A DNA stretch of 44,818 nucleotides from Spirochaetota bacterium (GCA_048624115.1 JBMCTC010000001.1:1-44818), one strand, 5' to 3'. Counted from the stretch's first letter, positions 1-10,233 are shown. Notes: a model not told the origin generated them from the sequence alone. Translations and numbers: made by a program.

Positions 1-1235
1 CCGCCTCGCGTATCTCGAATGTTGTTATCGTCACCGGTTACGAAGAGTTTGCATTTGCTCGAGAGGCGCTTCGGCAGGGAGCGATCGAGTTCCTCTTGAA
101 ACCGGTCGACAAGGCCGAGCTCGCGTCGACGCTCGCGAAGGTATCCGAGCGCCTCGCAGATGCGGAAGGGTCTGAACCCGAGCGCCTCCTCGGCCCCGCT
201 ATGCCATTTGGGACTCACTCGCCGGAACGGCGTGCCCCGCGGTCGATGGTGCCCGCGGACAACACGCACAGATCGATCGTGATCGTAACCGAAGCTAAAG
301 GCGAAACTGCTCTACGGCACCTCTGCCGCCAAGAGATGTCATTGTCCGGAATCAGTGACAACCAGGTCGTTGTCGCTCGAGTTCCGACTGTGGACGCAGT
401 TGCAGCCCTCATCCCCTACACTGGGGCGCCCGCCGAGCAGCAGGGGCCTCGGTGGAAGGATGCCATGGGGAGCTACACAACGGGCGTGGCGCTCAACGAT
501 CCGGATCGAGCGTACACGGCGTTTCTCGCGTCGGTGATTGCACGCAGGACGTTCGTGCAATGGAGGGAAGACAGCGATCTGCTTCCGCGATCCGGCAGCG
601 CGGAAGCAGGCAGATACATTCGCGAGCTCGACTTAATGACCCCGGGCTCGATCGCCGCAGCAATCCAACGAATCGTCGCGTTGGAAGACGAGCAGCCCGT
701 CGCCCGCGCGCAGGCCGTTCGAGAACTCGCCCGGCAACTCGCCACGCGAGTCAGGATCGCGGCCGGGGCCAAGGTCAGCAGTCTCACCGCAAATCCGGAC
801 CGCGCACTTCTCAGTGCGCGCACGCGAGCGGCAGTCGTGGCGGAGGTCACAGCGACGGTAGAGGCGCTGCGGCAGCGGGTGACGAACGAGGGAGACTCCG
901 AAAAGCGAGTCATCGCGGCAGTTCAGATGGCGCCGCCACAAGGACTCTACCTCCAAGGCATAGCCGAGCAGTTGAGCCTATCGCCTGGGTACGTCTCGTC
1001 GGTGCTCAAGAAGCATACCGGGAAATCATTCGCAGCATACACGGCCGAACTCAGGATGAATCTCGCGACGCAGTTGCTGGGCGAAGTCCGGGAGCTGACT
1101 GTCGCGCAAGTCGCCCATCACGTGGGGTTTACCTCACCTCGACAATTCTACCGTCAGTTCAAGAGATACACAGGCCTGACCCCAAGCGGATATCGTGCGC
1201 GAGCAGCAGCAGGAGATACCTATGATAGCAAGTAA
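1..1235 (+). CDS. AraC-family response regulator (YesN-like), 5' end cut by the window edge
   Basis: Frame 3 is open from nt 3. The first residues (..NVVIVTGYEEFAFAREALRQGAIEFLLKPVDKAEL) are the C-terminal end of a CheY-like receiver. The C-terminus (LYLQGIAEQLSLSPGYVSSVLKKHTGKSFAAYTAELRMNLATQLL..VGFTSPRQFYRQFKRYTGLTPSGYR) is a double AraC-type HTH. Stop TAA at 1233-1235. Confidence 0.85.
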   Translation, partial: ASRISNVVIVTGYEEFAFAREALRQGAIEFLLKPVDKAELASTLAKVSERLADAEGSEPERLLGPAMPFGTHSPERRAPRSMVPADNTHRSIVIVTEAKGETALRHLCRQEMSLSGISDNQVVVARVPTVDAVAALIPYTGAPAEQQGPRWKDAMGSYTTGVALNDPDRAYTAFLASVIARRTFVQWREDSDLLPRSGSAEAGRYIRELDLMTPGSIAAAIQRIVALEDEQPVARAQAVRELARQLATRVRIAAGAKVSSLTANPDRALLSARTRAAVVAEVTATVEALRQRVTNEGDSEKRVIAAVQMAPPQGLYLQGIAEQLSLSPGYVSSVLKKHTGKSFAAYTAELRMNLATQLLGEVRELTVAQVAHHVGFTSPRQFYRQFKRYTGLTPSGYRARAAAGDTYDSK

Positions 1236-3210
1236 CCATCGAGATGCGATTCAAGCCGGTGACATAACGCGCACCCTCGAAGACTGGAGCAGGAGCGACT
1301 GGGTGAACCTCTATCTCGGAAGCGGCCGATGCGGAGCATCGTTCAACCGGTTCGGAGTCATGAACGAGCAACATACGCAGGGCGAGTCCTACGGGGTTAC
1401 GACGCTCATGCACGCCGACCACTGGCACCACGGTAGCTTGGGAATCGACTTCCATCTTCCGCTCTGCAGAATCCTCTTCTCACGCGAGCTCCCGCAGCCA
1501 ACTGAGTATCGGCAGCGTCTCGCGCTACCGGAGGGAACGCTCGTGACCGAGTACGCAGAAGAGGAGTGCGCCTACACGTTGCGTTGTTCGTTTCATCCGG
1601 AGGCGCCGGATCTCCTCGCGCTCGAGTTCTCTGAGATCCGCGGAAACATGCCGGATCTCGTGATCGCACCAGAAGTAGACGTGCGCACCTCGTACGGGGA
1701 GTTGCTTCGAAGCAACGCCCGACGAACGGCGCTCGGTCTCGAGGTAGTCGCCGGAACGGCCGACTCACTGGTGGCCGCTCGAGTGTTTCGAAGCAAGCGA
1801 GAAGATGAGACGGGACCGGAGATACGGGTCCCCCTCCGTGGCCGGGGCCCGAAGGTTGGGGTGATTCTCGCGCTCGGAAGTGGGCGGAGGGAAGACGAAC
1901 TTCGTGGCGGATATGCGCGGTTCACATCGATGAGCGAGTTCTTCGACGATGCGGCGCAAGCGTGGTCGAAGCGATGGGGCTCGCATTTTGTCTTGACCGA
2001 CGACCGAGAGTTGCAGTCGCACTGGTCACGTTCAATCTTCTGGATCCTTTCGAGCTTTGGACCTGACCGACGTTGCCCGGCACCGGCGATGGGCTGGTCC
2101 GGAAACGGATGGCAGTTCAACTTCCCCCAGGACCTCTCGTATGTGAGTCCGGCGCTGCTGCGCTTAGGTCATACTGATGTCGTGAAATCGTGGGTGGAGT
2201 TCTACTCCGAGTGCATCGACTTCACGCGCGAGTTCACGCAACGCATCTACAACGCTTCGGGAACGCTTTGGGCGTGGGAGCATCCAATTGGTTGCGTCGG
2301 AAAGCTTCTCGAGGGTGTACCGCCAGGGACCCCTAACTGGTTCCAGCATGAGATCCACAATGCCGCCTACCCCGCGCAGATGGCCTACGAAGTGGCTCAA
2401 CTACTCGGCGATCCTCATTGGAGTGAGCACGTAGCCTGGCCGGTACTTCGTGGCTCCGCGAGGTTCTTTGCTTCAGTGGCAGTCGAAGAGGCAAACGGCT
2501 CGTTTAGCATCGATGTCCGCCCGTCCATGGGGCAAAACGAATTCGACGAGCCAAACCGTCGCAATTACCTCTGTAGCCTCTTTGCGGCCGCCTCTACCCT
2601 CGAGCGCGCGGTGCGGACGGCCAGGTCCCTCGGCATCGATGATCGCGAGATCGAACAGTGGCAGCGTATCCTCGCACAGGGGCTCGCGTTTGCGCGGCTG
2701 CTCGATCATACCCATGGTGCCTATGCAACCTCAGAATCCGAAACGACGCATCTCAAGCCGGGGACCCAGAAGCATCCGATCCAGCTCGACCCACTCTTCT
2801 CACTGCCGTTGAGCGAACGCTGGTGGGACGAGACCGGGGCGGCAACCCGACGAGCGTACGAGATTCAGGAGGAGCTCTGTCGAGGGGGCAATCAGTACGA
2901 TGGCTGGACGCTTCCGTCGCTCGCGCTCTGCTCTGCCCGACTCGGAGAGGGCGAGCAGGCGATCGCTCGGCTCAAGCAACTTCGTAGTGCCGAACTAACC
3001 GACTCGCAAGGCGTACAGCTCTACGAGTCGACACGATCAATTTTCGATGACCAGACCTCCCGCTCGAAGTGTTACTACACCACCAATGCGGGCCTGATCG
3101 CCTCAACGATCCACTCGCTCGCCTATGACGACTTCGCCACATACACGAGCCACGAGCAACCTCTTTCGGTTGCTAGGGAGTGGGATATCAACTTGGTTAG
3201 AGGAATATAG
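1222..3210 (+). CDS. Putative cytoplasmic glycoside hydrolase, (alpha/alpha)6-barrel-like, family unassigned
   Basis: The ORF runs 1195-3210. The in-frame ATG at 1222 is preceded by AGGAGA (1211-1216) and overlaps the regulator stop by 14 nt. No signal peptide. It lies in a sugar ABC/AraC locus. The region GWSGNGWQFNFPQDLSYVSPALLRLGH only loosely recalls large GH catalytic domains, so coding status is strong and function is weak. Confidence 0.55.
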   Translation: MIASNHRDAIQAGDITRTLEDWSRSDWVNLYLGSGRCGASFNRFGVMNEQHTQGESYGVTTLMHADHWHHGSLGIDFHLPLCRILFSRELPQPTEYRQRLALPEGTLVTEYAEEECAYTLRCSFHPEAPDLLALEFSEIRGNMPDLVIAPEVDVRTSYGELLRSNARRTALGLEVVAGTADSLVAARVFRSKREDETGPEIRVPLRGRGPKVGVILALGSGRREDELRGGYARFTSMSEFFDDAAQAWSKRWGSHFVLTDDRELQSHWSRSIFWILSSFGPDRRCPAPAMGWSGNGWQFNFPQDLSYVSPALLRLGHTDVVKSWVEFYSECIDFTREFTQRIYNASGTLWAWEHPIGCVGKLLEGVPPGTPNWFQHEIHNAAYPAQMAYEVAQLLGDPHWSEHVAWPVLRGSARFFASVAVEEANGSFSIDVRPSMGQNEFDEPNRRNYLCSLFAAASTLERAVRTARSLGIDDREIEQWQRILAQGLAFARLLDHTHGAYATSESETTHLKPGTQKHPIQLDPLFSLPLSERWWDETGAATRRAYEIQEELCRGGNQYDGWTLPSLALCSARLGEGEQAIARLKQLRSAELTDSQGVQLYESTRSIFDDQTSRSKCYYTTNAGLIASTIHSLAYDDFATYTSHEQPLSVAREWDINLVRGI

Positions 3211-3211
3211 A

Positions 3212-3233
3212 GGCCACGGCGTCCGCCGTGGCC
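3212..3233. terminator. Bidirectional intrinsic-terminator-like hairpin between convergent genes
   Basis: Perfect 9-bp GC-rich stem GGCCACGGC / GCCGTGGCC with a 4-nt loop. On the plus strand it is followed by ATAAGAAATATTTTATT. It sits between the stop at 3210 (+) and the stop at 3246 (-). Confidence 0.6.
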
Positions 3234-3245
3234 ATAAGAAATATT

Positions 3246-4817
3246 TTATTCGTAGCGGTCTTGAACAGACGCGTACTCGTCATTCATCCACTCTTCGAGT
3301 TGCCCAAGGCCGATTGACTCGGCTCGGTCGATCATGGACTCGTACATGGTTCGCACCTCTTCCTCGCTTTCCGCGGAAATGATGATCCGGACCTCTTCGT
3401 TGGTCGATAGCTCCTGTATCCTCGTCAGGATGTTTCGTTCCTCGCTGTCGGTCCGAGGCACCGTGAAGTAGAGCTCCGGTCGATAGATCGTGATTTCCTT
3501 CGCGCTTACGAGGCGCTCGGTCACGTAGGACCGATTCTCCGGATCGTAGCTCTGGATTGCCTCTTCAAGCGCGGACATACCGAAAGTCCAGACACCACCG
3601 AGGATCTCGTCGTAAAAGGTCCCCGCTTCCTGCGCGTCGTAGTAGACGTCGGTAAACACCGGTCGACCGTCCGGTCCCTCGTTCCAGTGGACACCTTCTA
3701 CACCCCAGACGGAGAGTCGTCGGCCTTCCTCGCTACGCATAAAGCTCATAAACTGAATTGCGCGTGCCGGGTCGTCGTTGCTTCTCGTGATGAAAGTACC
3801 CGACCAACCTATGCCATCGTTCACGAGCACTGCGTCGGCACTGAGTTCGTTCGGGAGAACTCGAGCGCTGAACGGTAGCTGCGCCTGCTGATATGCTGTG
3901 TTTGCTTCATCCGCCTGCCATGCAGATCGCGTAAAGGAGAATGCTCGGCCACTGTTCACCTGCTGCAAGAATTGCTCATGCTGGTAGGTGAAGTTCTCGG
4001 GTACGAGAAGACCATTGCGCACAAGACGATTGAGATAGACAAGCGTGTCGACAAGTGCAGGATGACGGATTCGATGATAGATCTGCCCATCGTCCTCGTA
4101 GACTGGATTGCTTCCAACGTCCATGCCGAACTGTGCCGCGAAGTATCCGTACATTGCCGTTCCCGACCATCCGAGAACAAGAGGCACCATATCAGGGTAC
4201 TCGTCCCTCACACTCATCAGAACATCTTCATACTCTTCGAGGGTAGTCATCGATGGCTGTCCGAGTTCTTCCCAGATATCCACGCGGAAACTCAGAGAGT
4301 GGGTTCCTGGACTCGGCAGCGCTATCTCGTTTTCACGCCACGCCTGCTCTGTGGCAAATGCATTGAGCAACGTGTAGAAGTTCCCGTCGGGCATCGTGTT
4401 GTTGGCAACCTCAATCTCCGTGAGCGGGAAATCCGGTGCGTGCTCAGGAATGAGCTCGTTCCACGGGTATGAGATTCGCGAGTCAGACATTCTAGTGACC
4501 ATGTCGCCGCTCGCGTAGACAAAGTCGGGAAGGTTTCCGGAGGCAATCATGACCGGCAGCTGCTGATTATCATTTGCCTTGGTAACGTCCATGGTGACAC
4601 CAGTTCGACTGGTAATCTCCTCGGCGATCGCGCCCTTCCACTCGTCGGTCCAGAACCACGTATGGTTGACGAAGAGGTCGAACTCGATCGGACCTTCGCT
4701 GGCCTCCGCGACCGCACCTCCCGACTCTTGGGCGCCTCCGGCCCAAACCTGCCCTATCGGCACCAGTAGAGCCAACAGGACAATCAATACAAAAAACCGA
4801 TTCGTGCTTGCTTTCAT
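3246..4817 (-). CDS. Extracellular solute-binding protein of a carbohydrate ABC importer (LplA-like, family 1)
   Basis: 523 aa with an N-terminal signal peptide (MKASTNRFFVLIVLLALLVPIGQVWAGG). Size and composition are typical of large sugar-binding proteins. It lies directly upstream of two sugar ABC permease genes on the same strand. Confidence 0.8.
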   Translation of the reverse strand: MKASTNRFFVLIVLLALLVPIGQVWAGGAQESGGAVAEASEGPIEFDLFVNHTWFWTDEWKGAIAEEITSRTGVTMDVTKANDNQQLPVMIASGNLPDFVYASGDMVTRMSDSRISYPWNELIPEHAPDFPLTEIEVANNTMPDGNFYTLLNAFATEQAWRENEIALPSPGTHSLSFRVDIWEELGQPSMTTLEEYEDVLMSVRDEYPDMVPLVLGWSGTAMYGYFAAQFGMDVGSNPVYEDDGQIYHRIRHPALVDTLVYLNRLVRNGLLVPENFTYQHEQFLQQVNSGRAFSFTRSAWQADEANTAYQQAQLPFSARVLPNELSADAVLVNDGIGWSGTFITRSNDDPARAIQFMSFMRSEEGRRLSVWGVEGVHWNEGPDGRPVFTDVYYDAQEAGTFYDEILGGVWTFGMSALEEAIQSYDPENRSYVTERLVSAKEITIYRPELYFTVPRTDSEERNILTRIQELSTNEEVRIIISAESEEEVRTMYESMIDRAESIGLGQLEEWMNDEYASVQDRYE

Positions 4818-4845
4818 GCACGCCTCCTTGATTTGAAATGGGGTT

Positions 4846-5745
4846 CTACCCCTTCACGGCTCCTATGAGCACGCCTTTGACAAAGTGTTTCTGAAGGAAC
4901 GGATAGACCAGCACGATGGGCACAACGGTCACTACGATTGTTGTCATTTGAATCGAGATCGTCGTGACCTGCGTGGCCGTCGCAGCCATTGCGACATCCA
5001 TTTCCGAGAGCATCGATGTGATCCGGCTCCGATTGATGATCTCCATCATGAGATACGAGAGAGGTCGGAGATCGGAGCGTTGGACAAAGAAGACCGAATC
5101 GAGCCAGGAGTTCCACTGAAAGACGCCGATAAACAACGAGACGGTGGCAAAGACCGGCTTGGAAAGAGGAACAACAAGCCTGACAAAGATCAGCAGATCG
5201 TTCGCTCCGTCGATTCGAGCAGACTCCTCGAGCGAGGACGGCAGCTCCCGAAAGAACGCGACCATGACGAGCACGAGGAATCCGTTGAGCATCGGCGGAA
5301 CTACGTAGACGGCGAACGTGTTCAGGAGTCCGAGCGATCGCAGGATGATGTAGTAAGGGATAATGCCGCCATCGAAGTACATGGAGACAATCAAGGCGAG
5401 GAAGTAGAGCTTCCGGAACCGCAGTGTATCGTGCGACAGGGCATACGCGACGATGCTCGTAAGAGCAACACCAAGGATAGTCCCGATGACGGTGCGCAGC
5501 ACGGAGATAATGAACGCATTGACCCAGGCGTCATCGGAGAAAACAGTCTGATAGTTCTCGATGGTGAAGGATCGCGGCCAGAAGTAGATTCCACCCCGCG
5601 CCGTATCGATACCCTCGTTAAAGGAGATGACGATCACATAGAAGAAGGGATAAACGGTCGCGATGATGACGACGATGGAAAACAGGTAGACGAGCGAATC
5701 AATGATGACATCCTCTGCGGAGAGGCGGCGATTTTTCTTGATCAA
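4846..5745 (-). CDS. Carbohydrate ABC transporter permease (LplC/MalG-like)
   Basis: 299 aa, multi-TM, with an EAA-loop motif (LEESARIDGANDLLIFVRLVVPLSKP). Overlaps the upstream permease stop by 4 nt. Confidence 0.9.
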   Translation of the reverse strand: MIKKNRRLSAEDVIIDSLVYLFSIVVIIATVYPFFYVIVISFNEGIDTARGGIYFWPRSFTIENYQTVFSDDAWVNAFIISVLRTVIGTILGVALTSIVAYALSHDTLRFRKLYFLALIVSMYFDGGIIPYYIILRSLGLLNTFAVYVVPPMLNGFLVLVMVAFFRELPSSLEESARIDGANDLLIFVRLVVPLSKPVFATVSLFIGVFQWNSWLDSVFFVQRSDLRPLSYLMMEIINRSRITSMLSEMDVAMAATATQVTTISIQMTTIVVTVVPIVLVYPFLQKHFVKGVLIGAVKG

Positions 5746-6689
5746 AACAGTGCACTCCCTGAGACCCGCTTAGCGACTCGGTTACTTGTGAGAATCAGAA
5801 TGAGCGATATAAACGCTTGCATCAGGCCGACCGCCGCCGCGAAGTCAAATCTCCCATCGCGGAGACCCACTTTCACAACAAACGTTTGAATGATCTCGGA
5901 CCGCTCATTGTTCAACGTATTCCCGAGAAGATAGGCCTGCTCAAAGTTTGACCCGGAGACGCCACCTCCGAGGAGGTTGCCGAGACTCAAGACGAGCACG
6001 ACAACGATCGCCCCCCGAATACCCGGAAGGGTGACGTGTCGAATGCGTGCAAGGCGGCCTGCCCCGTCGATTTCGGCGGCCTCGTAAAGGTTGGGATCGA
6101 TGCCGGCTATCGCAGCGATAAAGATGATTGCCCACCATCCCATACTCTTCCAGATGTCGGTTACGACCGCGAGTGTCCAGAAGGCGTCTGGGTCGGTGAG
6201 TATGGTCAACGGGCGCTCGATAAGACCCAAGCCCAGCAGGATGTTGTTGATTGCGCCGAACTCCGTCGAGAAGAGAGCGAACGCGAGGCCCGAAACGACG
6301 ACCCACGAAATGAAGTGTGGGAAGTAGCTAACGGTCTGCAGGGTCCGTTTAAATCTGGTAGACCGGATCTCGTTGAGCGCGATTGCAAACAGGATCGGCA
6401 TCGGGAAGGCGAACACCGTCTTGAGGATGCTGATCGCCAGCGTGTTTGTGAGAATATTCGAGAAACGGAAGTCATTGACGAACTCCCTAAAGTGTTTGAG
6501 GCCTACCCACGGACTGGTGAAGAACCCCAGGAAACCGTCCAGGAAGTCGTAATCCTTAAACGCGATAATCACCCCCACCATGGGCGCGTAGCGGAAGATC
6601 AAGAGAAATACGATACCGGTGAGAGCAAAGGCGTGAAGCCATGCTTCCCGTTTGAGCTGCGTCTTGAGGCTGCGCCAGCGAGTGTGCAT
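5742..6689 (-). CDS. Carbohydrate ABC transporter permease (LplB/MalF-like)
   Basis: 315 aa, multi-TM, with an EAA-loop motif (LYEAAEIDGAGRLARIRHVTLPGIRG). Confidence 0.9.
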   Translation of the reverse strand: MHTRWRSLKTQLKREAWLHAFALTGIVFLLIFRYAPMVGVIIAFKDYDFLDGFLGFFTSPWVGLKHFREFVNDFRFSNILTNTLAISILKTVFAFPMPILFAIALNEIRSTRFKRTLQTVSYFPHFISWVVVSGLAFALFSTEFGAINNILLGLGLIERPLTILTDPDAFWTLAVVTDIWKSMGWWAIIFIAAIAGIDPNLYEAAEIDGAGRLARIRHVTLPGIRGAIVVVLVLSLGNLLGGGVSGSNFEQAYLLGNTLNNERSEIIQTFVVKVGLRDGRFDFAAAVGLMQAFISLILILTSNRVAKRVSGSALF

Positions 6690-6815
6690 GCTTCGAATCG
6701 TAGGCCGGTTTCCGAATTCGCGAAAGCGACGGATTCCACGATGGTAGTGTCGAAATCGAAGGCAGTCTCGCCATTTCCGTCACTTCCGGGTACGATCCGA
6801 GCCAGAGGCCCATGC

Positions 6816-8543
6816 ATGCTTACACAACCAGATTACGTCCCATATAGCGTCTACTCGACCTGGGGCTTTCATGATGAACTCGGAGACACCGTCGACCTTA
6901 CCGAGGAGCTGGCGCAGCGAGCGCTCGATCGGATCGAGGCTTGGAGACAGAAGCCGGGGTATCAGTTCGATGTGTTTCATATCGACTGCTACTGGTTTGA
7001 GAAATCCGAACCGTTTACGGAGTTCGATCGAACGCTCTGGCCAAATGGTCCCGACAGCGTCTTCGAGCGGGCCAAGTCGATGGGGATGAAGCTCGGACTC
7101 TGGTATCCGGTCAACGGCCAGCGAATGACCTGCAAGAGTTGGGATGACTCACGAGCGGAGGAAATGCAGCTGCCGGGGTTTAGCCTTGTGGATGGTCCGT
7201 TCGCAGATGACTTCGAGGCTGCCCTGCTTCATGCCGCAGAGGTGTGGGGTGTGCGCCACTTTAAGTTCGACTTCGCTGCCTTCGGGGCAAGCGCCGCCAA
7301 TTCCGAGCGTTCGGTGCGAGAGACGATGAGACAGAGCATCGCGAGATTCAAGCAAATGCTTCGAAAGCTTCGCGCAGCGTTCCCCGACGTCCACGTGATC
7401 ACTCACTGCGGGTTTGCTCGCACCGAACAGAGTACCGTTGCGGGCTCACCACTTGCGCTCGCTGTCGATCCTGCATGGCTCGAGGTCGCAGACGGCATGT
7501 TCCCGGGGGACCCGCACCCGATCGACATCCCTCAGACATCGCTCGTTCGCAACATCGACGTCTACTCCGACCGGCAGGTCTGGGCTCTCCACCGACACGG
7601 CTACCCGCTTCACCGGATCGAGGACAGCGCCTGCATCATCGGCGACACTAACACCTGCTGTTATCGGGGACGCGAAGGCTTCCGCCGCACGTGGCTCGCC
7701 ACATTGGCCCGGTGCAGCAGAAGAGGGTTCTTCTACGGAAACCCAGAGGTGCTGACCGACGACGATGTCGTGTTTATGAAGGATGCTCAGGACCTCTTCT
7801 TCGATGCATTCGGTCGCAACCTGAACTCGAGTTTCGTGGGAGACGGTGAGCCGGGGCAGGCTCCCTGGCACGGATACCTCACAGGAGGCGGCGATTGCGG
7901 GCTCCTCTATCTCGTAAACCCACACCAGCGACCGGTCGAGAGTCGTCTGCTACTCACAGACCTCAACGACGCTCACGTACTCTTTCACGACGGAGAGCAA
8001 CCTCCTGTCGTTCAGGTTCAACCCGACCTCCTGTGCGTGCAGTTAGGGCCGGAACAGATGACGTTGATCGGCACCGGGGCGTACGCGGCCACAACGTACG
8101 AGTTGGGAAACGCGAACGATCCGCCGCTCCCGGGCTCAATGTCGCTGCTTCCCTGCAGCTTCCGTGAGGTCGCACCCGGATCGTACGAGGCGACAATCTC
8201 ACTCGATCGGGGCCGGCGCGTCTTCGCTTCCGCTCAGACGCTCGAGCGCGAGGCATACGGCGTTGCAGAGGGGTTGCCCTACCGGTTTGGACGGCAGTTC
8301 AGCTCCGGCGAAGCCGGAAGCGACGTGCCGGCAAGCATCGCCCATGACCAACTCCAGATTAACCTTCAAAAACATGGAGAGGCCATCGAGGAGACTAGAC
8401 GAATTCCAGACGTTCCGATATGGTCGGGAATCTCGTGGGTTGCAAAGACCTTCGACGCACCGGCGGGAGACCTTGTCCTGCGAGTTACGCAGAGCCTGCC
8501 GGAGAAGAAGCGGATCCTGGTGCGAGTGTACACCTACTCGTGA
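6816..8543 (+). CDS. Putative glycoside hydrolase, GH36/clan-D-like TIM barrel (alpha-galactosidase-like)
   Basis: This is the 3' part of the 835-aa ORF 6036-8543. I take the start as the ATG at 6816 (MLTQPDYVPY..); the alternative is the ATG at 6741. Motifs: VFHIDCYWF (compare DDGWF), GMKLGLWYPV, VRHFKFDF (compare KWDMN). No signal peptide. Divergent from the ABC importer. Confidence 0.6.
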   Translation: MLTQPDYVPYSVYSTWGFHDELGDTVDLTEELAQRALDRIEAWRQKPGYQFDVFHIDCYWFEKSEPFTEFDRTLWPNGPDSVFERAKSMGMKLGLWYPVNGQRMTCKSWDDSRAEEMQLPGFSLVDGPFADDFEAALLHAAEVWGVRHFKFDFAAFGASAANSERSVRETMRQSIARFKQMLRKLRAAFPDVHVITHCGFARTEQSTVAGSPLALAVDPAWLEVADGMFPGDPHPIDIPQTSLVRNIDVYSDRQVWALHRHGYPLHRIEDSACIIGDTNTCCYRGREGFRRTWLATLARCSRRGFFYGNPEVLTDDDVVFMKDAQDLFFDAFGRNLNSSFVGDGEPGQAPWHGYLTGGGDCGLLYLVNPHQRPVESRLLLTDLNDAHVLFHDGEQPPVVQVQPDLLCVQLGPEQMTLIGTGAYAATTYELGNANDPPLPGSMSLLPCSFREVAPGSYEATISLDRGRRVFASAQTLEREAYGVAEGLPYRFGRQFSSGEAGSDVPASIAHDQLQINLQKHGEAIEETRRIPDVPIWSGISWVAKTFDAPAGDLVLRVTQSLPEKKRILVRVYTYS

Positions 8544-8640
8544 TCACATAACGACGCTGCCCGGACGGGACTCGGCCCAGGGCACCTGTGCTCCGCCGCG
8601 GGCTTTCGAACCGACGGCCCGCGGAGTATCTTGAGTCGTG

Positions 8641-10233
8641 ATGCATGCCTACATACTCACAAATGGGACGATTCTCACCATGGTGTCTGGCCGACCGGAA
8701 GCCGAGGCGCTCCTGGTCACCGGCAACGAGATCAAGGCGGTGGGCACGCTCGCAGCGTGTCGTGCAGCCGCTCCGGCGGCAACTGAGATCGACCTCGGGG
8801 GACGGGTGGTCGTTCCCGGGTTCAACGACGCACATCTGCACATGGTGCACGCCGGCGCTCAGGAGCAGCGGGTTCTGCTGAGTGGGCTCTCGAAGTCGGA
8901 GATTCTCGCGCGCCTGCGCGAGGCTGCAGCGGCAATGCCTGAGGGAGAACTACTCACCGCCTACGGGTGGGACTACGAGAGCTGCCCCGATCCTCACCTA
9001 CGAGATTTGGACGAGGCATTTGGTGATCGGCCGGTGATCCTGACCCAGTTTTCCGGCCACGGCGCGTGGCTCAACTCAGCGGGACTAGCGCATGTCGGCA
9101 TTTCGAAGGACACGCCCGACTGGGATTACGGGGGCACGAACAAGGACGCTGCGGGAGAACTGATCGGGACGCTTCGGGAGCCCGCGTATGCTCCCGGATA
9201 CAAGGCATGGCTCGAGTCCGAGAGCAAGAATCCCGAGCGAACGCTGGCGCACCTCGAGGCGGCAATGCGGCTCTTTGCTCGACTAGGGATTACGAGCGTT
9301 GGCGACAACACCTGGTACCCGTGGCACCTGGAGGCCATTGCCCAACTTGCGCGAGAGCGTCGCCTGACCGTTCGCGTAACAAGCTGGAGCCGAGGGGACC
9401 TTCCCGATCTCGAGGCAGAGTTTGACGCCCACGAGTATGAGGGTCGATGGCACCGTCGCGGACTCTCGAAGTTCTTTTTGGATGGAGCCTTCTCGACCTA
9501 CACCGCGTGGCTCTCCGAGCCGTACGCAGACCGGCCCGACACGCGGGGCTCGGGCATGGACCCCGAGGCGATAGAACGCTTCCTCGAGGCCAAGACCCGT
9601 GACGGCCGCCAGACCGCGAGCCACTCGATTGGCGATGCAGCAACCGCCGCGTATGTCCAAGCCGCTGCGGCCGTGGCCAAGCGTCACGAGCTTGCACCTT
9701 TGCGCCACCGCATCGAGCACGGTCAGCTTATTCACTCGAGCGATATCGACCGTATGGCAGAGCTCGGCCTGCTCGTCTGCGCCCAACCCCACGCTGCCGC
9801 CGAACCCGAGAAGGACAAGCGCCTTCTCGGCGAACCGCGCGCCAAGCGGGCCTACCCCTTCCGGTCACTGCTTGACGCGGGCGTTCCCCTCTCGTTTAGC
9901 TCAGACTTCCCGGGTGAAGTCACCATCGACCCGATGTTCGGAATCCACCTCGCGGTCAACCGCCCGGGTGGCGAGGCAATCTCGGTAGAAGAGGCGCTCT
10001 ACGCCTACACCGCAGGCGGCGCTTACGCGGAGTTCGCGGAAGATTACAAAGGCAAACTCGCGCCGGGGTACGTGGCGGATCTCGCCGTGCTCTCGGCAGA
10101 CCCGCGCGCAGTAGCGCCCGAGAAGCTTCGCGACGTCTGCGTGGATGCGACGATTGTAGACGGCGCCCTGGCTTACGAGCGCGAAGGGGCGGCGGGCCTG
10201 GGCTCGGTGCCACACGCCGGGCCGGGGGCTTAG
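8641..10233 (+). CDS. Metal-dependent amidohydrolase (Amidohydro_3 / YtcJ-like)
   Basis: Motifs VVPGFNDAHLHMVHAG (HxH metal site), RIEHGQLIH and SFSSDFPGE. ATG at 8641; the track ORF starts 3 nt earlier at a GTG. Confidence 0.85.
   Translation: MHAYILTNGTILTMVSGRPEAEALLVTGNEIKAVGTLAACRAAAPAATEIDLGGRVVVPGFNDAHLHMVHAGAQEQRVLLSGLSKSEILARLREAAAAMPEGELLTAYGWDYESCPDPHLRDLDEAFGDRPVILTQFSGHGAWLNSAGLAHVGISKDTPDWDYGGTNKDAAGELIGTLREPAYAPGYKAWLESESKNPERTLAHLEAAMRLFARLGITSVGDNTWYPWHLEAIAQLARERRLTVRVTSWSRGDLPDLEAEFDAHEYEGRWHRRGLSKFFLDGAFSTYTAWLSEPYADRPDTRGSGMDPEAIERFLEAKTRDGRQTASHSIGDAATAAYVQAAAAVAKRHELAPLRHRIEHGQLIHSSDIDRMAELGLLVCAQPHAAAEPEKDKRLLGEPRAKRAYPFRSLLDAGVPLSFSSDFPGEVTIDPMFGIHLAVNRPGGEAISVEEALYAYTAGGAYAEFAEDYKGKLAPGYVADLAVLSADPRAVAPEKLRDVCVDATIVDGALAYEREGAAGLGSVPHAGPGA

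Noticed and set aside
452-1225. 257-aa alternative-frame ORF within the AraC regulator gene.
   Set aside because: It lies on the same strand, out of frame with a CDS that ends in a clear AraC HTH. R/S/G-rich translation.
4885-5889. 334-aa plus-strand ORF inside the sugar permease genes. Similar cases: 30120-31082 and 27749-28456 inside the peptide ABC genes.
   Set aside because: These are antisense to transporter genes with canonical motifs. The translations are highly charged and repetitive (D/R/E/H-rich) and lack any domain signature.
6036-6815. The 5' 260 codons of the 835-aa plus-strand ORF 6036-8543.
   Set aside because: This part is fully antisense to a permease gene with clear ABC EAA-loop motifs. 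It has a low-complexity R/D/E-rich translation and no motif. The hydrolase-like sequence begins only after the in-frame ATG at 6816 (or 6741).
8544-8637. GC-rich hairpin CCGCGGGC-n13-GCCCGCGG considered as a terminator after the GH36-like gene.
   Set aside because: The loop is large and no U-tract follows it, so it may be incidental in GC-rich DNA.
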